20,988 bases of DNA from a virus, in the IMG/VR virus record IMGVR_UViG_3300027863_001748; one strand, given 5' to 3'. Of the stretch, positions 15,453 through 20,988 are shown one piece after another. Every line of letters begins with the position of its first letter. Positions within the stretch are counted from its first letter, which is position 1. Under the pieces are notes generated by a model, which worked only from the letters and a program-made list of their open reading frames with translations, was not told the DNA's origin and did not search any database. The translations under genes and the position numbers were made by a program.

Positions 15453-17110
15453 GCAGCGATATTCCAAAGATAGCCATTGCTTTCGGCGCTGTTGCTCCGC
15501 CTCAAGGCGACATCATCGATTTGAGAGTGCACCTAGGCTGTACAAGAGAAGTCAGCAGCTTCGAGTGTCTGCTTCAGAACTGGGACAAGAAATACAGTCC
15601 AAACGGTTCCTACCCAATCAACGTGGGAGTCGACGGGCACATTGACATAGGCAGAAGCACGAACGTTCCGCAGATCATAACGTGTCGTGTTGAAGCTGTC
15701 AAATATGAATCCACACCTAATGAGAATTATTTGCGTGTTTCTGGCAGGTGCTGGGGCGAACGCCTCTTTAGAAGAGTCGTCACCAAAACGTATGAAAACC
15801 AAAAAGGCGAAGCCATCGTCAAAGACCTAATTGACTACTACGTCGGCTTGAGCCATGTCAGAGATTCAAACGAGCTGGTGGAAGACACTGACACCACGTA
15901 CACGAAGCTGGAATACCAAGACACGCCTGTTTTTGACATTCTAAGCTTCATCGCTGGAAGCGCAGACAAAGCTGGAGTCATAGGCTTTGACTTCCGTTTA
16001 GCACCAGACGGAAAATTCGAGTTTTTCCATCGCAACAGCAAAACCTCACCACTCAATCTCAATGACAGAATCGAGTCAAGCGAATACAGAAAAGACATCC
16101 ACATGATAAGAAACAAAATCACAGTCTACGGCGTAGCTGACAAACCCTTCCCAGTGGATGTTGACGGCAGACCTTGGAGCGACACGCTTACCGAGGATTT
16201 AACTGTTAGCGAAGGCACTGGCTGGGGCGGTTCAAACGAACTAATACATGCGGTTTATGGCAAATGGAGCGTTATGACGGGCAGCACAAACCTTGCTTTG
16301 GACACAGCCATTAAGTATGCTGGGGCTAAAAGCGTTAAGGTCATTGAATCAGCTTACATGTATTACACAAGAGTTGACTGGATATTTTATGAAGGCCAGA
16401 CCATAAACCTCAACGAGTTTCCAAAAATCAGCCTTGCACTCATGGTTGATGACAAACATTCTAAGTTCTGCTGGATAAATCTAATCGACATCTGGAACAA
16501 TAGCGCAACAAAAAGCTTCAACCTCTCCAAAATCAACCAATGGGAAAAAGTCGTCATCAACGCTGGACTAAAATATGCTGACGAGTGGGACTGGGTTGAC
16601 GACCTCTTCCGCTGGGACTACGTAAAGCAGATAGGCATAGCAGTCGACCAAGAATACGCAAGCGCAGGAAACTGGTGGATAGACCAGTTTCATTTCGGAT
16701 ACGGCAAATGGAAAAGCACACAAGAAGACACAACCAGCCAAACAACCTATGGCTTAAGAGAACTTGTCGAAGTTGATGAGGAGCTTTACAGCGACAACGC
16801 ATGCACGCTGAGAGCCAAAGCCCTTCTTAACCATCTCAAAAACCCTGCTGAATACCTGACAATAAAAAGCACAGTCATAGACTATGGGAACACGCCTCTT
16901 TTGCCAGGCGACAAAATACATGTGACATTGCCAAACGAGAACATAGACGCAGATTTTCGCATCTTAAGCGTTGAATACCGTGTTGACGCCAAGTCGCAGA
17001 CGCTTGAGGTGACCTTGGAGCTTGGAAGAGAAACACCATTCTTGGCTGATTACCTGTATGCGCTTCGCAGCAAGACAAGCCACTTGAGCAGACATAAAGT
17101 AGCAAGGTGA
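15449..17110 (+). CDS. Baseplate hub/tail tip protein (gpD/gp27/Tal-like) with an inserted carbohydrate-binding-like domain
   Basis: LRVSGRC, IVKDLI, RNKITVYG, EDTTSQTTYGLRE and LLPGDKIHV...FRILSVEY are hub-like. A Trp-rich insert at about 16133-16699 ends WWIDQFHF. Confidence 0.65.
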   Translation: MSSDIPKIAIAFGAVAPPQGDIIDLRVHLGCTREVSSFECLLQNWDKKYSPNGSYPINVGVDGHIDIGRSTNVPQIITCRVEAVKYESTPNENYLRVSGRCWGERLFRRVVTKTYENQKGEAIVKDLIDYYVGLSHVRDSNELVEDTDTTYTKLEYQDTPVFDILSFIAGSADKAGVIGFDFRLAPDGKFEFFHRNSKTSPLNLNDRIESSEYRKDIHMIRNKITVYGVADKPFPVDVDGRPWSDTLTEDLTVSEGTGWGGSNELIHAVYGKWSVMTGSTNLALDTAIKYAGAKSVKVIESAYMYYTRVDWIFYEGQTINLNEFPKISLALMVDDKHSKFCWINLIDIWNNSATKSFNLSKINQWEKVVINAGLKYADEWDWVDDLFRWDYVKQIGIAVDQEYASAGNWWIDQFHFGYGKWKSTQEDTTSQTTYGLRELVEVDEELYSDNACTLRAKALLNHLKNPAEYLTIKSTVIDYGNTPLLPGDKIHVTLPNENIDADFRILSVEYRVDAKSQTLEVTLELGRETPFLADYLYALRSKTSHLSRHKVAR

Positions 17111-17116
17111 AACAAG

Positions 17117-17515
17117 GTGGACAAGCAGCTTTTGAAACAAATCAGAAGCCTTCAGATCGGAGCGCTAGTCCGCGTGGATTGGACAGATGCCTCAATAGGG
17201 AAAAGCCTCAGCGGAGGCTTAGGGGGCATAGATGTTCCAGTCACCAGTTTTGGCATCTTCATAGGAATACTCGGCGAAAAGAACAAGCACATCATATTGG
17301 GTCAGAACCACTTTCGCTATGCAGATGGACTCTACGACATTGACTACACAGCCGTCCCATTGTCATGGGCTGTAAGCATAAAGGTCATCGAAAACCAGCA
17401 CATGAATTCTGAAGAGTGCAAGCAGCTTTTGAACAGCTTTTTGATGGGTGGAAGACGCGTCTTTCCAAATCGGTGCAGACAACAGAAGGTGAGAAACCAC
17501 GACAGACTGGATTAG
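17117..17515 (+). CDS. Hypothetical protein
   Basis: 132 aa; GTG start 6 nt after AGGTGA; beta-rich core LVRVDWTDAS. Confidence 0.65.
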   Translation: MDKQLLKQIRSLQIGALVRVDWTDASIGKSLSGGLGGIDVPVTSFGIFIGILGEKNKHIILGQNHFRYADGLYDIDYTAVPLSWAVSIKVIENQHMNSEECKQLLNSFLMGGRRVFPNRCRQQKVRNHDRLD

Positions 17516-17756
17516 AAAAGCATTAACCAAAACAATACAGCGCAAGGGTTCACGGGGAAAAGAGTACATACTCGTTGTTCAGCCAAACGAGAAGCTTGTC
17601 TATGGAGTCAAGTTTGCTATTGCCATGACTGTCTGTCTTTCAGCCTTAGAAATCGCTCACATGTCTTTCTTAGGCAGTTGGAACAGCGAAGTCTTTGCAG
17701 CCATAACGGGTTTAATTGGAACCATAAGCGGCATTCTAATCTCTCAAAAAACCTAG
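17499..17756 (+). CDS. Small two-helix membrane protein (85 aa, holin-like), proposed ACG start, absent from the ORF track
   Basis: (M)TDWIRKALTKTIQRKGSRGKEYILVVQPNEKLVYGVKFAIAMTVCLSALEIAHMSFLGSWNSEVFAAITGLIGTISGILISQKT*. AGGTGA at 17487-17492; fills an otherwise empty 240-bp gap. Confidence 0.65.
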   Translation, partial: TTDWIRKALTKTIQRKGSRGKEYILVVQPNEKLVYGVKFAIAMTVCLSALEIAHMSFLGSWNSEVFAAITGLIGTISGILISQKT

Positions 17757-17772
17757 AGGGGGTAGGCTTCGA

Positions 17773-18108
17773 GTGTATAGTCATAGGCTTAGGGGCAAGG
17801 TAAGACGTGCTCAAAAGGAAGTTGAGACTGGAACGCAAAGGCTCAGGCAGAAGCTGATAACGCAACTCGAATCAATGTTTGACCTGGCTGAACAGTCTGC
17901 AAGAAACGCCAAGACACCCAAACAACGTGAAGGATTCATGCGCATTACAGGCTACATCGCCCAAGTCTTGAACAGCCTCAGCCGCTCTTTCGACGAGGCT
18001 CTGATTAACGAGGAACTGGACCGTTTGGAGAAGATGATTGATGAGGCAATCACAAAAGACAAGGATAAAGGAACTGCAACAGCGGTTCAAGGATCATCTG
18101 GAAGCTAA
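17773..18108 (+). CDS. Putative terminase small subunit
   Basis: 111-aa helical, basic protein immediately upstream of and overlapping TerL; positional call only. Confidence 0.45.
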   Translation: MYSHRLRGKVRRAQKEVETGTQRLRQKLITQLESMFDLAEQSARNAKTPKQREGFMRITGYIAQVLNSLSRSFDEALINEELDRLEKMIDEAITKDKDKGTATAVQGSSGS

Positions 18109-19501
18109 GGCAAAGCGGATTCCAGAAGACTTTGTCAAATTCACAGAGCATATGCTGGGCTTAAAGTTAACCGCTTACCAGAAAGAAGCCGCAGAACTTC
18201 TGAGCAAGAATGATTCTGTTGCTTTAAGATGGAGTAGGCAATCGGGAAAAACGCATTTGATCTCTGCTTGGCTACTGCACTACGCTCTGTTGCATGATGG
18301 TTATCAAATCGCAATTGTGGGTCCTAGCTGGCGCCAAACAAAAATTCCCATAACCAAAATCAACGGATTCCTTACTAGAATTCCGAAAGGCTACTATCAT
18401 AAGTTGCAGCAGACAATCGTTAGGCTGAAGAACCAGTCAGTCATCCAAGCCTTGCCATGTAGCCCAGAAACCGTGAGAGGGTTTTCGTTAAACTGCGTGT
18501 ACATGGACGAAGCCAATTGGATTAACCATGATGAGGAGCTGTATGATGCCATATTGTTTACTCTTGCAACCACTGGAGGCAAGTTTATCTGCAGCAGCAC
18601 ACCAGGCAGCGCCGACAGCCTATTCTGGAAAATCTTCAACAGACCACAATTCGCAAGGTTCGCAAAGAGCCACGTCACATGGGAGCAAGCCTTAGAACCT
18701 AATGGACCTATGAGGCGGAAGTGGCTTGAAGACCGCAAGCAAGAGTATGAGGGCGACCCATGGCGGTGGAAACGGGAGCTTGAGGCAGAATGGGCAGAAG
18801 ACGAGAGCGTCTGGATACCACTAAGCCTCATAACGAAGTGCATTGACAGCGAACTGGAGCTTTGGGATTTTGAAAGCCTCCACAGAGGCAAATTCTATGG
18901 CGGGCTGGATCTTGGCAAGCATCAAGACTATTCTGCATTCATCGTGATCGAAGATGTCGACGGCAAATACTTGCTGAGACACGTGAAAGTGTTTCCGCTT
19001 GAAACAAAATACGCCACAGTCATAGGTTACGTGAAAACCTTAACGGACAGATGGCAGACTTTTGAGAAAATCCGCGTTGACACAACTGGAGTTGGCGAAT
19101 ACATCACTGAGGACATGGCTAATGGCGGAATCGAAAACGTCGAAGCTGTAACCTTCACTAGCAGCAGAAAACAAGAGTTGGCAAGCATCTTGAAGCAGCG
19201 GATGCTGGATGCAGCTTATAGCTTTCCCTTTGTCAACATACAAGTCTCACCGAACAAGAGCCTCAGCTATGTCAACGAGCTTAACATAGAAAAATTCGAA
19301 CTCAGAAAGGACGGGGCACTGCATTTCTCGCACCCGCAAAACCAACATGACGATGTCTGGTGGGCAACAGCATTAGCAATATCCTGCGGAGTAAAACTGG
19401 CTCCAGACCCACTTCTAGCTGTAATACCCAGACGAGGCAACAAACTGCAACAGGTTCGCAAAAAACTGAACAAACGAAAGGTTCTGGGAGTTACGAGATG
19501 A
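18038..19501 (+). CDS. terL: Terminase large subunit
   Basis: YQ motif, Walker A RWSRQSGKT, Walker B VYMDE, coupling motif SSTP, nuclease GLDLGKHQD, VDTTGVG and HDDVWWATALA. Start TTG 18038 or ATG 18041. Confidence 0.95.
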   Translation: MMRQSQKTRIKELQQRFKDHLEAKAKRIPEDFVKFTEHMLGLKLTAYQKEAAELLSKNDSVALRWSRQSGKTHLISAWLLHYALLHDGYQIAIVGPSWRQTKIPITKINGFLTRIPKGYYHKLQQTIVRLKNQSVIQALPCSPETVRGFSLNCVYMDEANWINHDEELYDAILFTLATTGGKFICSSTPGSADSLFWKIFNRPQFARFAKSHVTWEQALEPNGPMRRKWLEDRKQEYEGDPWRWKRELEAEWAEDESVWIPLSLITKCIDSELELWDFESLHRGKFYGGLDLGKHQDYSAFIVIEDVDGKYLLRHVKVFPLETKYATVIGYVKTLTDRWQTFEKIRVDTTGVGEYITEDMANGGIENVEAVTFTSSRKQELASILKQRMLDAAYSFPFVNIQVSPNKSLSYVNELNIEKFELRKDGALHFSHPQNQHDDVWWATALAISCGVKLAPDPLLAVIPRRGNKLQQVRKKLNKRKVLGVTR

Positions 19502-20988
19502 GAAGGAAGCGCGAGTTTTTCCACATCACTAAATATGCACGTCGATATGATAGAAGAGAAGGCAAGTTTGTGATTAACATAAGCTATGAAACTGCTGCTC
19601 CAGAACCAAGTGAGCGGGTTGTTGCTGTTGCGGAAGGCTTCGGGCTGGGGCTTGACCAGTGGCAAAGATTTGTCATTTACGATGATGTTGAACTGAAGAT
19701 AGGATCTACGGACATTGTTTACATAACAGGTGATTCTGGAAGCGGAAAGTCTGTCTTGTTGAAAGCCTTGGAGAAAGATATACGAAGAGACATGGGAACA
19801 AGCTGCATAAATATTGTGGATATTCAGCCTGAACCAAACAGACCGTTAATCGAAACGGTCGGCAAAACAGTTGAAGAAGCATTAGAGCTACTGAGCAAAG
19901 TTGGCTTGAATGATGCATTCCTGTTCCTAAGAAGTTATGAACAACTGAGTGATGGACAGAAATACCGTTACAAGATAGCGAAAATGATTGAAAGCAAAGC
20001 GCAATTCTGGATCATGGACGAGTTTGCAGCCACACTGGACAGGGACACAGCCAAAATAGTGGCATACAACCTTCAGAAACTCGCAAGACAACAAGGTAAA
20101 GCAGTTTTAGCAGCAACAACACATACAGACCTACTTAAAGACTTGAACCCTTCAGTGCATGTTCACAAGCGATTTGGCAAGGAAATAACCGTAAACTACT
20201 ATCCAAACCAACCAGCCAAAGAATGTAGTCTCGTTAAGCAAATGCAAATTAAAGAAGGCACAACACAAGACTGGAGAAAACTCGCAGGCTTTCACTATCG
20301 TAGCCACAAGATAGCTGCGCCCCGAAAAATCTTCTGTCTGAAACGTGGCGAAGAACTGTGCGGGGTAATAGTCTTCAACTATCCGCCACCCACATGCTTT
20401 GGACGAAGACTTATCCTTCCAAAAATGAGCATGAAAGAATTAAACGAAAAGCTGAGCATAATCACCAGAGTTGTCATACATCCCAAATACCGCACGATAA
20501 GCTTAGGCGCAAAGCTTGTCAGGGAAACCTTGCCTTTAGCCGGGACACCCTACGTGGAAATGCCTGCAGTCATGGCAAAATACAATCCATTTGCAGAGAA
20601 AGCAGGGATGAAAAGAATAGCTGAACAGCCACCACCAAAAGAGGCCCTAAGAATTGTGATGACACTTCAACAATTCGGGTTCAACACTCAATTGCTTGGT
20701 AGCACTAGTTACGTATCAAGCAAGTTCAAAACTTTAGACAGCAAAGCTGTTACAGAGATAAAGAATGCATTCAAAAGAAACTATCATATACGCTTTCAAA
20801 AAGCGTTCACCCACCATTTGCCTTTTGGCAAAAGAAAAGCGTATAATCGCGAAATTGTAGATGCCAGCATCGAGAAGCTAGTACAGTTAACCAAAATCTG
20901 CAGTTTCTTAGCCCAAACGAAAGTATATCTTTGTTGGATGGCTTCCACAAAGAGTTCTCAACCAAACTGTCAGAGAATTGGGTACTGA
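19498..20988 (+). CDS. ABC-type ATPase fused to a GNAT acetyltransferase (496 aa)
   Basis: Walker A GDSGSGKS, signature LSDGQ, Walker B WIMDE, H-loop ATTH; GNAT acetyl-CoA motif RVVIHPKYRTISLG. ATG 19498 overlaps the terL stop (ATGA). Confidence 0.8.
   Translation: MRRKREFFHITKYARRYDRREGKFVINISYETAAPEPSERVVAVAEGFGLGLDQWQRFVIYDDVELKIGSTDIVYITGDSGSGKSVLLKALEKDIRRDMGTSCINIVDIQPEPNRPLIETVGKTVEEALELLSKVGLNDAFLFLRSYEQLSDGQKYRYKIAKMIESKAQFWIMDEFAATLDRDTAKIVAYNLQKLARQQGKAVLAATTHTDLLKDLNPSVHVHKRFGKEITVNYYPNQPAKECSLVKQMQIKEGTTQDWRKLAGFHYRSHKIAAPRKIFCLKRGEELCGVIVFNYPPPTCFGRRLILPKMSMKELNEKLSIITRVVIHPKYRTISLGAKLVRETLPLAGTPYVEMPAVMAKYNPFAEKAGMKRIAEQPPPKEALRIVMTLQQFGFNTQLLGSTSYVSSKFKTLDSKAVTEIKNAFKRNYHIRFQKAFTHHLPFGKRKAYNREIVDASIEKLVQLTKICSFLAQTKVYLCWMASTKSSQPNCQRIGY

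Larger units (their letters stand above)
2735..20988 (+). mobile_element. Morphogenesis and packaging module of a tailed virus, provirus or GTA-like element (siphovirus-type), probably archaeal; ends not visible
   Basis: Co-oriented, tightly coupled protease, MCP, portal, neck, tail tube, chaperone, TMP, hub and terminase genes. No integrase or att site in the window. Confidence 0.9.

Noticed and set aside
17107-17343. Alternative + strand ORF starting at the GTGA overlap
   Set aside because: It lies almost wholly within 17117..17515, which has a better-spaced SD and more protein-like composition.

Overview
Most of the window (about 2735-20988) is an apparently intact virion-morphogenesis module of a tailed, HK97-fold virus or provirus, probably archaeal. 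The archaeal call is inferred from GGAGG/GGTGA-type Shine-Dalgarno (SD) sites, TATA-like boxes and frequent TTG/GTG starts; it resembles Bathyarchaeia-type elements from memory only. Gene order on the + strand is prohead protease, capsid cement protein, major capsid protein (MCP), Zn-finger, winged helix, portal, membrane protein, two structural proteins (one split by a Hint/intein-like domain), head-tail adaptor, stopper fused to an alpha/alpha-toroid domain, tail terminator, tail tube, tail chaperone with a -1 frameshift, gp10-like protein, a very short tape measure protein (TMP), baseplate hub, small ORFs, candidate TerS, TerL and an ABC-ATPase/GNAT fusion. The left end (1-2584) holds a C5 cytosine methyltransferase coupled to a Mig-type T:G mismatch glycosylase, facing an unknown ORF. 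Reading by hand recovers genes the ORF track misses or truncates: a 40-aa ribbon-helix-helix (RHH) regulator and four genes that appear to start at near-cognate codons (CTG, ACG, ATA, ACG) behind good SD sites. No integrase, att site, replication gene, RNA gene or CRISPR array was seen. All family calls come from motif reading and synteny, not database searches.
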